A DNA stretch of 64,000 bases from Candidatus Hodarchaeota archaeon (lineage in GTDB: Archaea > Asgardarchaeota > Lokiarchaeia > Sigyniarchaeales > SOKP01): positions 348,367 through 412,366 of the forward strand of contig JBHLKM010000002.1 of the NCBI GenBank assembly GCA_048886685.1, written 5' to 3'. The notes below the pieces were generated by a model. The model did not search any database. It saw only the letters and a list, made by a program, of their open reading frames with translations, and was not told the origin of the DNA. Below are positions 18,532 to 29,176 of the stretch, piece after piece (within the stretch, counting starts at the first letter, position 1; every line of letters begins with the position of its first letter). The position numbers and the translations under genes are program-made.

Positions 18532-18852
18532 ATGCCGTATGTGTTAATAAAAACTTGGTTTCCACCTCATAAAGCAGAAGAAGTTGCTGGTGTCTATACA
18601 GAAGAATTGAAAAATTATCCTCCTGATAGATCTTTGGGAAAATCTTTAGCTACTGCTATAAGATCAGATGAAAATGGTCTAGTATCTATTGAAATATTTG
18701 AAGCAAAAGAAGGGAAACTTGAAGACTCTCTAAACCACTACCAAAATGTTCAAATTATGTACCACAAAATCGAAGGATTTAAATATGAGATAGATGTTTG
18801 GCGCACACCTGTCGAAGCAATGGCATTGCTTGGAATGAAATTACCTGAATAG
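18532..18852 (+). CDS. Small hypothetical protein, paralogue of 51737..52057
   Basis: Shared W.P...EV, GKLE..L, IEG.....D and EA motifs; GAGG SD. Confidence 0.75.
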   Translation: MPYVLIKTWFPPHKAEEVAGVYTEELKNYPPDRSLGKSLATAIRSDENGLVSIEIFEAKEGKLEDSLNHYQNVQIMYHKIEGFKYEIDVWRTPVEAMALLGMKLPE

Positions 18853-18887
18853 AAATGGATGAGAGATTCTTTCAAACACTCCAAATT

Positions 18888-20093
18888 TTAATCTTTTTTT
18901 TTTATATTAAATATTGCTTCTGAAATTCTATTAAGGGCTACTTCTAAGATTGATTTTGGGCATGCAATATTGATCCTTTCAAAACCTTCCCCGCCTTGAC
19001 CAAAAATATAGCCTTCATCTAGTGCCACTTTTGCTTTACCACGCATAAATTTTTCTAATTCTTTGTGCTCTAAACCCAATTCTCTACAGTCAAGCCAAAT
19101 AAGATAAGTTCCCTCTGGTTCTATAACTTTTATTTGAGGAAGTTTTTTTTTGATATAAGTCTTTAAAAAATCCAGGTTTCCTTTAAGGTATTTTAGTAGA
19201 GCGTCTAACCAATTCTCACAGATTTCATGGCTATACGCAGTTTCCATTGCTGCTATAGCAAAAAGGTTAGGTCCACCAACACCCAGATTTGCTTGTGTAT
19301 TTACAAATGTTTGACGAATTTTATGGTTTGGAATTATAATATTTGATATTCTTAGGCCAGCTAAATTAAATGTTTTGCTAGTAGAAGTACATGTAACTGA
19401 ATTTTGAGCGAATTTATCATTTATAGTGGCAAAATTAGTATGCTTATATTCTGGAAAAATTAAATCACAGTGAATCTCGTCTGAGACAACTAAAATTTCA
19501 TTTTTAATACAAATTTCCCCAAGTTGCGTCAACTCTTCTTTAGTCCATACACGCCCAATCGGATTGTGTGGATTGCATATGATTATCATTTTAGCCCTTG
19601 GATCTTGGGCTTTTTTCTCCAAATCTTCAAAATCCATTTGATAATGGTTGTTAGACAACTTTAATGAATTTAAAAGGATTCTACACCCATTATTTTCAAT
19701 AACAGGATAAAAAGGATAATATACAGGATTTTGTACAATTACTTTATCCCCAGGATTACAAAAAGCATTAACTGCAACATCTAAAGCTGGAATTACACCA
19801 GGAGTTTGACTTAGCCATTTTTTATCAATATCCCATCCATATCGTCTCTTGAACCAGCTTAGAACAGACTTAAAAAATGAAGGAGGAATAGTTGAATAAC
19901 CATATATTCCATATTCAGCTGTTTGAACTAACTTTTCGATAATAGGTTGTGGAGCTTTAAAGTCCATGTCGGCAACCCATAAGGGTATTAAATCAGGATC
20001 ACCAAAACGTTTTTCTAATACTTCCTTATCCCATTTTGCGGAATTAGATTTGGTACGATCAATAACCTGATCGAAATTAAAATCAGTAGGCAT
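18888..20093 (-). CDS. PatB/MalY-family PLP-dependent C-S lyase (cystathionine beta-lyase)
   Basis: 'PLWVADMDF', 'CNPHNPIGRVW', 'SDEIHCDL', 'SKTFNLAG', 'EGTYLIWLD', 'RINIACP'. Confidence 0.92.
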   Translation of the reverse strand: MPTDFNFDQVIDRTKSNSAKWDKEVLEKRFGDPDLIPLWVADMDFKAPQPIIEKLVQTAEYGIYGYSTIPPSFFKSVLSWFKRRYGWDIDKKWLSQTPGVIPALDVAVNAFCNPGDKVIVQNPVYYPFYPVIENNGCRILLNSLKLSNNHYQMDFEDLEKKAQDPRAKMIIICNPHNPIGRVWTKEELTQLGEICIKNEILVVSDEIHCDLIFPEYKHTNFATINDKFAQNSVTCTSTSKTFNLAGLRISNIIIPNHKIRQTFVNTQANLGVGGPNLFAIAAMETAYSHEICENWLDALLKYLKGNLDFLKTYIKKKLPQIKVIEPEGTYLIWLDCRELGLEHKELEKFMRGKAKVALDEGYIFGQGGEGFERINIACPKSILEVALNRISEAIFNIKKKD

Positions 20094-20095
20094 TT

Positions 20096-21010
20096 TTATA
20101 ACCCTCGAAGATATTCTGGTCGACGTAGGTTTGGATATTTAATAGCTCCTTCAATAACCTTTAGGAAGGTTTCTTTATCTTCGGCTAATTCTCCTTTTAA
20201 GCTAACATAATTTGATGCATGGTTTGAGTTAAAGACGCACTTCTGTAAATCATCAGACGTATATTCTATCATTGTATATAATTCTTGAAGAATTTCGGTA
20301 CTGGTACAAGGTTTGAATTCACCCATTGATTTCTGCTCCCATAATTCAGTTCCAGGAGTAACTCCTAATGTCAAGGGGGATATATACCACTCAATTGGAG
20401 TTGGTGGAGCCATTCTATTAATCAATTTAGCAGATTCAATTGCATGTTTTCTACTTTTTTCAGGATCATTACCTGCAAGTCCTAATAAAAAAATTCCAGA
20501 CCATGCTATTCCAGCTTTATAACATTTTTGAGCCGCAAGAGCAAAATCATCCTGAGTGGCTCCCTTTTTACAAGTTTTTAGAACCTCATCATCTCCACTT
20601 TCAATGCCCACATAAACCATTGTAAATCCGCTATCTGCTAGTCTCTTTAAGTCTTCATCGGATTTACTCAGGATATCTTTCGCATGAGCATACGCACTAA
20701 CTTTTCTGAGATTTGGATGAATTTTATGCGCATACTCAGTTAACTTAATAAGGATTTCAGGTTTAACAACAAAAGCATTTCCATCTTCGAAAAATATTTT
20801 CCGTATTCGATTTCCATAATAAGCCCCTGCTCTCTTAATATCCTTTTTGATTTCTTCAATATCTTTACGAATAGAAAATGTTTTTGATCTATACATAGAG
20901 CAGAATGTGCATTTACGAGTGCATCCATTTGTTACTGCAATCAATAACGCATCCCACTCAGAAGGAGGTCTAAATACAGGATCGACCAGATTACCAACTA
21001 CATAATTCAT
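20096..21010 (-). CDS. Radical SAM protein
   Basis: 'RPPSE', 'GCTRKCTFCSMY' (CxxxCxxC), 'VGIESG', 'SNHASNY'. Confidence 0.9.
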   Translation of the reverse strand: MNYVVGNLVDPVFRPPSEWDALLIAVTNGCTRKCTFCSMYRSKTFSIRKDIEEIKKDIKRAGAYYGNRIRKIFFEDGNAFVVKPEILIKLTEYAHKIHPNLRKVSAYAHAKDILSKSDEDLKRLADSGFTMVYVGIESGDDEVLKTCKKGATQDDFALAAQKCYKAGIAWSGIFLLGLAGNDPEKSRKHAIESAKLINRMAPPTPIEWYISPLTLGVTPGTELWEQKSMGEFKPCTSTEILQELYTMIEYTSDDLQKCVFNSNHASNYVSLKGELAEDKETFLKVIEGAIKYPNLRRPEYLRGL

Positions 21011-21204
21011 GGCTTACTCTATTTATAATATGTTTTTTTTTACTTTAACTTTTTGATTATACTTACTATCCTCTTGAGAAAACTTTTTCTAAATTAGTAA
21101 GCTCTGCTTTTTTTTATAAATAATTTAAATACACTTTTGTTTCATGATCTTAATATACTAAAAAAGTAAAACAAATAATTCTAAAAAAAAGGATTGATAG
21201 ACAT

Positions 21205-22695
21205 ATGAAAAAAATAGTTATAATCGGTGGAGGAATAGCGGGACTATCTGCTGGTTGTTATGCTAAAATGAATAGTTATGATGCCCATATATTCGAGATG
21301 CATAATCTTCCTGGAGGCCTTTGCACTTCTTGGAAGAGAAAGGGATATACTTTTGATAATTGTATTCACTGGTTGACAGGTACTTCGCCCAATTCACCTT
21401 TTCATAGAATTTTTCTGGAACTGGGGGCTCTTCAGGGTAAGAAAATTTATTACAAGGAAATGAGTATAAAATTATTCTTAAAAGACCAAATTATCAATCT
21501 CTATAATGATCCTGATAAATTAGGAAAGCAACTTAAAGAGATTGCTCCAGAAGACGGTGACATGATAGATGAATTAGTAGATTCGTTAAGAAAGTTTTAT
21601 CTACTGGATAAGATGCCTTTAACAAAACCTAAAGAACTTTTTACCATACTTGATATGATCAAAATGATAAAGAGCTTCTGGCCCTTTATGAAGTTTTTTA
21701 GGAAATATATGAAAATTTCTGTAGATGAATTTGCAGATCAGTTTAAGAATCCTGTAATGAAGCAAATTATACGATCTATGAAGGCTATTGCTACTTATAA
21801 TGATAGTTATATTATCCCTTTTTTATTATCATCCAAGAATTCTGGTTTTCCTCAAGGCGGTTCTCTGAGTTTCGCAAAGAGTATAGAACAGAGATATAAT
21901 AGCTTGGGCGGTAAAATACATTATGGTGCAAAAGTGAAAAAGATATTGGTAACAAATAATAAAGCTGTGGGCATACAATTAGAGGATGGCAAAGAGGTAA
22001 AAGCTGATATTGTTATTTCTGCTGCGGATGGTTATAGCACTATCTTTGAAATGTTAGCGGGCAAATTTATAAATAAAAAAATTAGACATCTTTATGAAAA
22101 TGTGCCTGTTGTCCCATCCAATTTGCACGTATCTGTTGGTGTAAATATGGATTTATCAGGTGATTCCAATCTCAACTCTATTTATTATTTATATGAACTT
22201 GACAAACCAATTATGATTGGAGGAGAAGAAAAGAAATATATCAGTATTAAAAACTATACTTTTGATCCGACATTTGCTCCCAAAGGTAAAAGCACTCTTG
22301 TGGTTGCTTTCATTAGTGAATCTGCATACTCATATTGGGAAAAAATCTATCAGGATAAAGAAAAATATAAACAGGAAAAGAAAAATGTGGAGATAGTAGT
22401 TATCTCCAGCCTGGAAAAGATAATACCTGGTATCAAAGAAAAAATTGAAACAATCGATGTGGCCACACCTATGACCATAATTCGCTATACAAATAACTGG
22501 AAAGGCTCTATCATGGGTTTTACTAACCCTTTTTTGCTGAATATACCCAGAACATTACCTAAACTGAAAAACTTTTTTATGGTTGGTCACTGGGTAGGTG
22601 ATGCAGGTTTACCAGGGGCAGCTCTAGGAGGTAGAGATTGCTTGGAGTATATATGCAAAAAAGACAAAAAAAAGTTTGAAACTACTAAACCATGA
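21205..22695 (+). CDS. Phytoene desaturase-family NAD(P)/FAD oxidoreductase
   Basis: 'IIGGGIAGL', 'PGGLCTSWKRKGYTFD', 'DVATP.T..RYT.N..G'. Confidence 0.85.
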   Translation: MKKIVIIGGGIAGLSAGCYAKMNSYDAHIFEMHNLPGGLCTSWKRKGYTFDNCIHWLTGTSPNSPFHRIFLELGALQGKKIYYKEMSIKLFLKDQIINLYNDPDKLGKQLKEIAPEDGDMIDELVDSLRKFYLLDKMPLTKPKELFTILDMIKMIKSFWPFMKFFRKYMKISVDEFADQFKNPVMKQIIRSMKAIATYNDSYIIPFLLSSKNSGFPQGGSLSFAKSIEQRYNSLGGKIHYGAKVKKILVTNNKAVGIQLEDGKEVKADIVISAADGYSTIFEMLAGKFINKKIRHLYENVPVVPSNLHVSVGVNMDLSGDSNLNSIYYLYELDKPIMIGGEEKKYISIKNYTFDPTFAPKGKSTLVVAFISESAYSYWEKIYQDKEKYKQEKKNVEIVVISSLEKIIPGIKEKIETIDVATPMTIIRYTNNWKGSIMGFTNPFLLNIPRTLPKLKNFFMVGHWVGDAGLPGAALGGRDCLEYICKKDKKKFETTKP

Positions 22696-22806
22696 TATCT
22701 TTTTAGATAGGAAATTGAATTTTACCTCTTCAATCAAATTTTTAAGTGTTCTAAAAGTAAAGTACTTATTATCAAATTATGAAATAGTATAAACATTTAT
22801 GTATAG

Positions 22807-23742
22807 GTGAGTAATATTCCTGAGAAATTAATGAGTATGAAAAAAGCAGTAAGTAAGTTTGTTCACAATGATGATTTTGTATTTTTTGGTGGATTTGGGA
22901 ACGGTATGACCTTTTCTGCCGCTCACGAAATTATTAGACAAAATTTAAGAAATCTTAAGGTAACCAAATGTGGGGGTGGTATAATGTTTGATCAATTAAT
23001 AGGTGCAGGTGTCACCAATCATATCGTCACTTCACATTGCTGGAATGGCACCGGACCTCAACCAGCGTATAATCTAAGGCGAGCGACAGAAGAAGGAATA
23101 CCTCAAAAGATAATTTATAATGAGCAGTCTCTTTTTATGATCAATATGTCTTTCTTTGCTGGTTATATGGGAATTCCATTTGTCCCTATTCGTTCAGTAG
23201 TTGGAACTGGAATTTATGATCACCCTAAAGAAGTTGGATTAAAGGCAGCAAGAGTAAAATGTCCATTTACTGGAGAAGAAATATGTGTTGTTCCAGCAAT
23301 AAATCCTGATGTTGGATTTATTCAAGTTCAACGCGCAGATAGTGAAGGTAATGCACAATTGTGGGGATTAGTTGGAGATACTAAATATGGAATAAATGCA
23401 TGTAAGAAGATTATTGTCGCAACAGAAGAAATTGTAGATAAAAAGGTTATTATGGAATCACCAGAACGAACGATAGTGGGAGCGCATAAAGTTGATGCTG
23501 TTGTAAATGAACCATGGGGAGCTCATCCAAGTAGTATGCAAGGTCATTACTATACGGATTTAGAATATAGATTTAACTATGCAAAAGAAACAAAGACTAT
23601 AGAAGACTGGGAAAACTGGCTCGAAAAGTGGATAACCGGTGTCAATGACCGAGAGGAATACCTGAAAGTTTTAGGAAAGGATAAAATAAAGTTCTTAAAA
23701 GCTAAAAAAATAATACAAGGAGCGGTGAATTATGGTTACTGA
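22807..23742 (+). CDS. Family I CoA-transferase subunit A (glutaconate CoA-transferase-like)
   Basis: 'HEIIRQ', 'DQLIGAG', 'CPFTGE', 'QRAD..GN', 'EEIV', 'PWGAHP'. Confidence 0.88.
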   Translation: MSNIPEKLMSMKKAVSKFVHNDDFVFFGGFGNGMTFSAAHEIIRQNLRNLKVTKCGGGIMFDQLIGAGVTNHIVTSHCWNGTGPQPAYNLRRATEEGIPQKIIYNEQSLFMINMSFFAGYMGIPFVPIRSVVGTGIYDHPKEVGLKAARVKCPFTGEEICVVPAINPDVGFIQVQRADSEGNAQLWGLVGDTKYGINACKKIIVATEEIVDKKVIMESPERTIVGAHKVDAVVNEPWGAHPSSMQGHYYTDLEYRFNYAKETKTIEDWENWLEKWITGVNDREEYLKVLGKDKIKFLKAKKIIQGAVNYGY

Positions 23743-24559
23743 GAGGGAGTTTTGTACAGAATATACTGGTTTTGAGATGATGCTAGTGTCTGCGTGTAGA
23801 CAGATTAAAAATGATGACATTGTATTTAATGCCTTTCACTGGCCCTTTCTCGCTGTTCACATGGCGAAATTACTCCATTGTCCTGATCTTTTTTCAGTGT
23901 TAGAGGTTGGGTTATTTCAAGACGAACTTCCGAGACCAATTAAAATGCCCTACTCAATTAGCGACCCCGTGTTAGTGCCTAATTCATTATTCGTTGGTGA
24001 CTCGATTGATGCATTGTCAATTCTTCAAAGGGGTGAAATAACCGTAGCACTGTTAAGTACTTCCATGGTTGATAAGTATGGAAATTGTAATACTACAGTA
24101 GTTGGTCCATATGAAAAACCAATTTATCGTTTACCCGGTGGAGGGGGTGCTACTGAGATTGCGGGCATGGCAAAAAGATTAATCTGGCTAATTGATGACC
24201 ATACAAAACGTAGATTACCCGAAAAATTAGATTTTATAACTGATCCTGGATACTTAGAAGGATTTGATAGTAGGACTAAAGCGGGTTATCCTCCTGATAC
24301 AGGTCCAGAAGTAATAATTACACCATTTTGTATAATGAAATTTGATCCAGAATCAAAAGAAGCCTATTTAGATGCTTTACATCCAAATATTTCAATAGAA
24401 CGAGTCAAGGAAAATACCGGCTGGGATCTAAAGGTTGCTAAAGAAGTTAAACAAATAGCTCCACCAACTCTGAAAGAAATAAAAGTATGCCGACAAACAA
24501 TGAGAGATGCAGTTGATCAATATTTTGTATTAAAACCTGAATGGACTATATATCTCTAG
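23732..24559 (+). CDS. Family I CoA-transferase subunit B (glutaconate CoA-transferase-like)
   Basis: 'LEVG' (catalytic Glu position), 'DKYGNCNTT', 'RLPGGGGA', 'DFIT.PG', 'ENTGWDL'; overlaps subunit A. Confidence 0.88.
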   Translation: MVTEREFCTEYTGFEMMLVSACRQIKNDDIVFNAFHWPFLAVHMAKLLHCPDLFSVLEVGLFQDELPRPIKMPYSISDPVLVPNSLFVGDSIDALSILQRGEITVALLSTSMVDKYGNCNTTVVGPYEKPIYRLPGGGGATEIAGMAKRLIWLIDDHTKRRLPEKLDFITDPGYLEGFDSRTKAGYPPDTGPEVIITPFCIMKFDPESKEAYLDALHPNISIERVKENTGWDLKVAKEVKQIAPPTLKEIKVCRQTMRDAVDQYFVLKPEWTIYL

Positions 24560-24652
24560 TTAATTATATAACTAGCTTTCCCTTATTTTTATAAATTTTT
24601 AAGAGATTCAATATTGTTTAATTTAATAAATTAGAATTGAGGAGAATTAGAT

Positions 24653-25441
24653 ATGGAAAAAATTGAAGTAGTTAAGAAAGAGAAAATTGCGATCATTAAA
24701 TTAATTGATGCTGAAAAGCTTAATCCCTTAAATATGGAAACTGCCAAAGAATTAACGGAATCATTAGAATCGCTGAAAAATGATACTGACATAAGATGTG
24801 TAATAATTACTGGTTCAGGAAGAGCTTTTTCTGCAGGTGGGGATTTAAGAAAATTTAAATCAAGTATAGAAACTGGAACCTCTGGTAAAGAAATGGATGA
24901 CCTATTAAAAAATCTTTATACGATTGCTTTAACATTACGTCTCTATCCTAAACCTGTTATTGCTGCCGTGAATGGATGGGCTGTAGGAGCGGGTATGAAT
25001 CTCGCATTATCATGTGATTTCATAATTGCCTCAGAAAAAGCTCGGTTTAGACAATCATTCTCGAAGCTTGGATTAATTCCCGGATTTGCGGGAACAGTAT
25101 TATTAAGTCGCCAACTTACTTGGCAACAAGCTACAGAAATGTCGTTTTTTGGAGATACCTATTCAGCAGAGGACTTAGCTAAACTTGGGTTGGTTAATGA
25201 AATTGCTCCTCCAGAAAAACTTGATGAAGTGACTTTACAATGGGCTCAAAGACTTGCGAATGGACCAACACTGGCTTATGCTAGAACCAAAAAACTATTC
25301 TTCGATGCGTTGAGCGTCCCGTTGAGAGAACATCTTGAAAATGAGCGCCAAATGCAAATAAAATCAGCTGAAACTGAGGATTATAAAAGAGGAGTATTTG
25401 CCCTTATCGATAAAAAGGAACCGGAATTTGTTGGAAAGTAA
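24653..25441 (+). CDS. Enoyl-CoA hydratase/isomerase (crotonase) family protein
   Basis: 'TGSGRAFSAGGDL', 'KPVIAAVNG.AVGAG..LAL.CD', 'GLIP'. Confidence 0.9.
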   Translation: MEKIEVVKKEKIAIIKLIDAEKLNPLNMETAKELTESLESLKNDTDIRCVIITGSGRAFSAGGDLRKFKSSIETGTSGKEMDDLLKNLYTIALTLRLYPKPVIAAVNGWAVGAGMNLALSCDFIIASEKARFRQSFSKLGLIPGFAGTVLLSRQLTWQQATEMSFFGDTYSAEDLAKLGLVNEIAPPEKLDEVTLQWAQRLANGPTLAYARTKKLFFDALSVPLREHLENERQMQIKSAETEDYKRGVFALIDKKEPEFVGK

Positions 25442-25457
25442 AAGAATCTCTTTGTCT

Positions 25458-25946
25458 TTATTTTTTAGCAGAATAAAACCTTGATAGTTTTGAAGCGGCA
25501 AAACAAGGTTTTGTTTCCCCCTCAACATAGATTTTAAAGTCAAATTCGACATCGTACGCGTCATCACCAATCTCTTTAACATTTACTACTGATCCTACTA
25601 ACCTAATACGCTTTCCTACTGGTGTTGGTGCTGGAAAACGAATCTTGTTCCAACCATAGTTTACTGTCATCCTAGTATTCACAGTTGTATATAACTGCGA
25701 AAAAAGCTTTGAAAAAGCAATAGAAAGCACCCAGTTACCATGTGCTACCGTTACCCCATAAGGAGACTCCCTTTTAGCTCGTTCTGGATCAGTGTGGATC
25801 CATTGCATATCTCCAACAACCTTCCCATATGCATTTATTTCGTCTTGAGTAACTAAATACCAATCCGAGGTCCCAAGCTCTTTTCCAACATAATTCTTCC
25901 AATCTGATGGACTAATTTTTAACTGGTTCATAATCATTTTCCCCAC
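25458..25946 (-). CDS. MaoC-family (R)-enoyl-CoA hydratase/dehydratase
   Basis: 'GDMQWIHTDPERA', 'VAHG', 'NYG.NKIRFPAP'. Confidence 0.9.
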   Translation of the reverse strand: MGKMIMNQLKISPSDWKNYVGKELGTSDWYLVTQDEINAYGKVVGDMQWIHTDPERAKRESPYGVTVAHGNWVLSIAFSKLFSQLYTTVNTRMTVNYGWNKIRFPAPTPVGKRIRLVGSVVNVKEIGDDAYDVEFDFKIYVEGETKPCFAASKLSRFYSAKK

Positions 25947-27178
25947 ATTCGTATCATTTCTCTTGAAATTAGAAATCTCATAATTTCCGCTGATCCAGCA
26001 CTTATTTGTCCTATTTTTGCATCTCGATAAAAACGTTCTACTGGATATTCTTCGGAGTATCCTAATCCCCCGATAACTTGGACTGCTTCTTTGGTTATGT
26101 TGACAGCTGAATCGGCGATTCTAGCCTTAATCGCTGCTACTGTAGCTCTAACATAATGACCTTCGTCAAGCATTCGAGCTATTTGTGCTGTAGCGATTCT
26201 ATTTAATTCTAAATCCATAAACATTTCACTTAATTTAAATGATACTCCTTCAAATGAATAGATTGTCTTCCCAAATTGTTCACGTTTGTGAGCATATTTA
26301 TATGCTACTTCAAAAGCACTCCTTGCTAAACCAAGATATTGAGAAGCTGTAAAGGTTCTTTCCCCATCGAGACCAAACATTAAAACTTCAACTCCCTCGT
26401 TTTCTTTATGAAGTAAATTCTCAGCAGGAACCCTACAATTATTGAATCTTAGATGAGAATTGGGCATTCCTCTACGTCCCATATAGGTATAATCTTTTAA
26501 AACTTCAAATCCGGGCGTATCTGTTTCAAAAATAAATGCTGATATACCTTGTTGTCTCCTTACCTGATCGTTGGTGACGGCATATAAAACAAGATAATCG
26601 GCAACACTTCCATTAGTAATAAAACATTTTTCACCATTTAATATATAATAATCCCCATCTCTCCTAGCTCTTAAATTCATTCCACCTACAGCATCAGATC
26701 CACCTGTCGGTTCAGTTATACCTATTGCTCCAATTTTAGAACCATCAGCGATACCCGATAAATACTTTTCCTTTTGTTCAGGTGTCCCATATTCAATAAT
26801 AGGAGCAGCAAATAAGCATGATGATGCTCCAAATATAGTTGCGATAGCATAATTAAAAGCAGTTAACTCTTCACCAAAAATAACACGATATAAGACTCCT
26901 TTCCCTAAACCCCCTATTTCTTCAGGAATCAAAATATTCAAATAGAGTTTCATTTTCCTTAACGTTTCAACTGCCAACTCTGTATTTCGTTCTTTATCTA
27001 TCTTATCTGCTACAGGGTCGATATTATTTTGACACCACTCACGAACTTCCATTCTAAAATCGTTTTCTTCCTTGGTGAAATAATGTAATCTGTCAGGCAT
27101 GCATGAATATCCATATTTTAAATCTAAATCTTTAAAAAGTACTTGTCCTTGCATTTCAATCATTAATAAATGTGACAA
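25934..27178 (-). CDS. Acyl-CoA dehydrogenase (isovaleryl-CoA DH-like placement of catalytic Glu)
   Basis: 'TEP..GSD', 'LNGEKCFITNG', 'REQFGK', 'GG.GY'; 'GLDGER' carries Glu while the C-terminal motif is 'QISAGS'. Confidence 0.9.
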   Translation of the reverse strand: MSHLLMIEMQGQVLFKDLDLKYGYSCMPDRLHYFTKEENDFRMEVREWCQNNIDPVADKIDKERNTELAVETLRKMKLYLNILIPEEIGGLGKGVLYRVIFGEELTAFNYAIATIFGASSCLFAAPIIEYGTPEQKEKYLSGIADGSKIGAIGITEPTGGSDAVGGMNLRARRDGDYYILNGEKCFITNGSVADYLVLYAVTNDQVRRQQGISAFIFETDTPGFEVLKDYTYMGRRGMPNSHLRFNNCRVPAENLLHKENEGVEVLMFGLDGERTFTASQYLGLARSAFEVAYKYAHKREQFGKTIYSFEGVSFKLSEMFMDLELNRIATAQIARMLDEGHYVRATVAAIKARIADSAVNITKEAVQVIGGLGYSEEYPVERFYRDAKIGQISAGSAEIMRFLISREMIRMWGK

Positions 27179-27286
27179 TCTATTAAAATCTAAAATTAAG
27201 GATGTTTAATTAATTTTTTTTAACATTAAACTATAAAACCTATGTTTCAATTTCCATTTATATAAAAAAAATGAAATAGAATTAAT

Positions 27287-28219
27287 ATGGAGTATACTAC
27301 TCTTGGACGTACGGGACTAAAAGTAAGCGTTATGGGATTAGGATGCGGAGGACCCAGTCGTATAGGACAAAGTACAGGAAATAGTGAAGAAGAATCGATA
27401 CAAATAGTTAAAAATGCTTTAAAATCCGGGATTAACTTTATTGATACCGCCGAGGTTTACCAGACAGAACGCATTGTGGGTAAAGGTATACAAGATTTCA
27501 ATCGTGAAGATATTATAATCTCAACTAAAAAATCAACGTGGGGAACTCTTACACATAAGGATGTAATGAAGAGCTTTGAAAGAAGCTTGAAAAACCTTGG
27601 AACAGAATATATTGATCTTTATCATTTACACGGTGTAATTCTGCAAGATTATGATCACCTATATTCAGAAATAGTGCCTACGCTTCTTGAATTGAAAGAT
27701 CAGGGTAAAATACGTTTTATTGGTATCACAGAACGATTTAATCCTGATCCCAGTCATACAATGTTACAAAGAGCATTGCAAGATGATGTTTGGGATGTAA
27801 TGATGGTGGGATTTAACATTTTAAATCAATCTGCTCGCGATCTCGTCTTTGCAGACGCAATGAATAAGAATATTGGTATTTTGATTATGTTTGCTGTTCG
27901 CCTTGCTCTTAGTAGACCTAAACGGCTTAGAGAATGTATTAATAAATTGATTGAAAAGAACCAGATTGATCGCTCCGAGATTAATATAGAAGATCCACTC
28001 GAATTTCTAATACATGAGGGAGGAGCAGAAAATTTAGTGGACGCCGCATACCGTTTCTGTCGTTATGAACCGGGAACTCATGTAATTCTTTCTGGTACAG
28101 GGAATCTCAGTCACTTGAAGGACAATCTTGACTCAATTTTAAGACCTCCACTTCCAGAAAAAGATATGATCAGACTTAAGAAGATTTTTAAAAATGTTGA
28201 TTCAATTTCAGGTCAATAG
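27287..28219 (+). CDS. Aldo/keto reductase
   Basis: 'LGRTGLKVS..GLG', 'DTAEVY', 'STK', 'YIDLYHLH', 'GKIRFIG'. Confidence 0.9.
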   Translation: MEYTTLGRTGLKVSVMGLGCGGPSRIGQSTGNSEEESIQIVKNALKSGINFIDTAEVYQTERIVGKGIQDFNREDIIISTKKSTWGTLTHKDVMKSFERSLKNLGTEYIDLYHLHGVILQDYDHLYSEIVPTLLELKDQGKIRFIGITERFNPDPSHTMLQRALQDDVWDVMMVGFNILNQSARDLVFADAMNKNIGILIMFAVRLALSRPKRLRECINKLIEKNQIDRSEINIEDPLEFLIHEGGAENLVDAAYRFCRYEPGTHVILSGTGNLSHLKDNLDSILRPPLPEKDMIRLKKIFKNVDSISGQ

Positions 28220-28282
28220 CAAAATATTTCATATAGAATAAAAAATTATCATCACTAATATATAAAAAAATTATATTTTACC

Positions 28283-29176
28283 TTGATAAAAATGATTTGG
28301 AATACAAGAATAACCAAAATGACGAATACGCAATACCCAATCATAATGGGGGCTTTTGCAATAATAGGAAGGGCTGAGTTTGCTGCTGCATTCTCTAATG
28401 CTGGTGGATTGGGCATTATTACCGCGTTAAATTTTAGGACAAATGAAGAATTTCAAGCAGAAATCGAAAAAATGAAAAAATTAACAAATAAACCATTCGG
28501 TGTTAATTTCACTGTTTGGCCCCCCCAAGTTAGGCAGAGGAGCGCACGAGCTCAATCTGAAGAATCCTATTTTGATTTTGTAGATATTGCCTTAGACGCA
28601 GGTGTTAAAGTCATTACTACCTCCGCTTATAAAGCAGCGGAAATTGGAAAGAAAGTACATGATGCGGGAGGTGTTTGGTTCCATAAAAGTGCTACAGTGA
28701 AACATGCTATGTCAGCAGAAAAACATGGTGCCGATGCTGTTACTATTGTAGGTCTTGAAGGTACTGGATTTAAAAACCCAAATCAAAACACTACCCTTGT
28801 TAATATGACTATGGCAAGGAAGTTATTAAAGATTCCCTTAATTGCAGCAGGCGGGATTGGGGATGCGAGAGGTTTTCTCGCAGCTTTGGCAATGGGTGCC
28901 GATGCGGTATGTTTTGGAAGTGCAATTATGGCAACAAAGGAAAGCCCCGCACCAGATGCATGGAAAAGGCAAGTACTGACCCAAGATATATTTGATGAAA
29001 AATTTTACAGAAAGATTTTCCACCTTGAGTTAAGAGATTCTGCAATTGGTTCAATGGCAGTTGGACACGTGGATGAGGAAACTACGATTAACGAGTTCAT
29101 ACAGGGTATTGTAACAAATGCCGAAAAAATGCTTAGAAGTTGGGGTGTTGAAGGAGATCGATTTAGCACTATATAA
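28283..29176 (+). CDS. Nitronate monooxygenase/FabK-family flavin oxidoreductase
   Basis: 'YPIIMG', 'SNAGGLG', 'KPFGVN', 'PLIAAGGIGD.RG'. Confidence 0.85.
   Translation: MIKMIWNTRITKMTNTQYPIIMGAFAIIGRAEFAAAFSNAGGLGIITALNFRTNEEFQAEIEKMKKLTNKPFGVNFTVWPPQVRQRSARAQSEESYFDFVDIALDAGVKVITTSAYKAAEIGKKVHDAGGVWFHKSATVKHAMSAEKHGADAVTIVGLEGTGFKNPNQNTTLVNMTMARKLLKIPLIAAGGIGDARGFLAALAMGADAVCFGSAIMATKESPAPDAWKRQVLTQDIFDEKFYRKIFHLELRDSAIGSMAVGHVDEETTINEFIQGIVTNAEKMLRSWGVEGDRFSTI

Noticed and set aside
20096-21010. Radical SAM as sulfatase maturase
   Set aside because: Lacks the Cys-rich SPASM domain of anSME.
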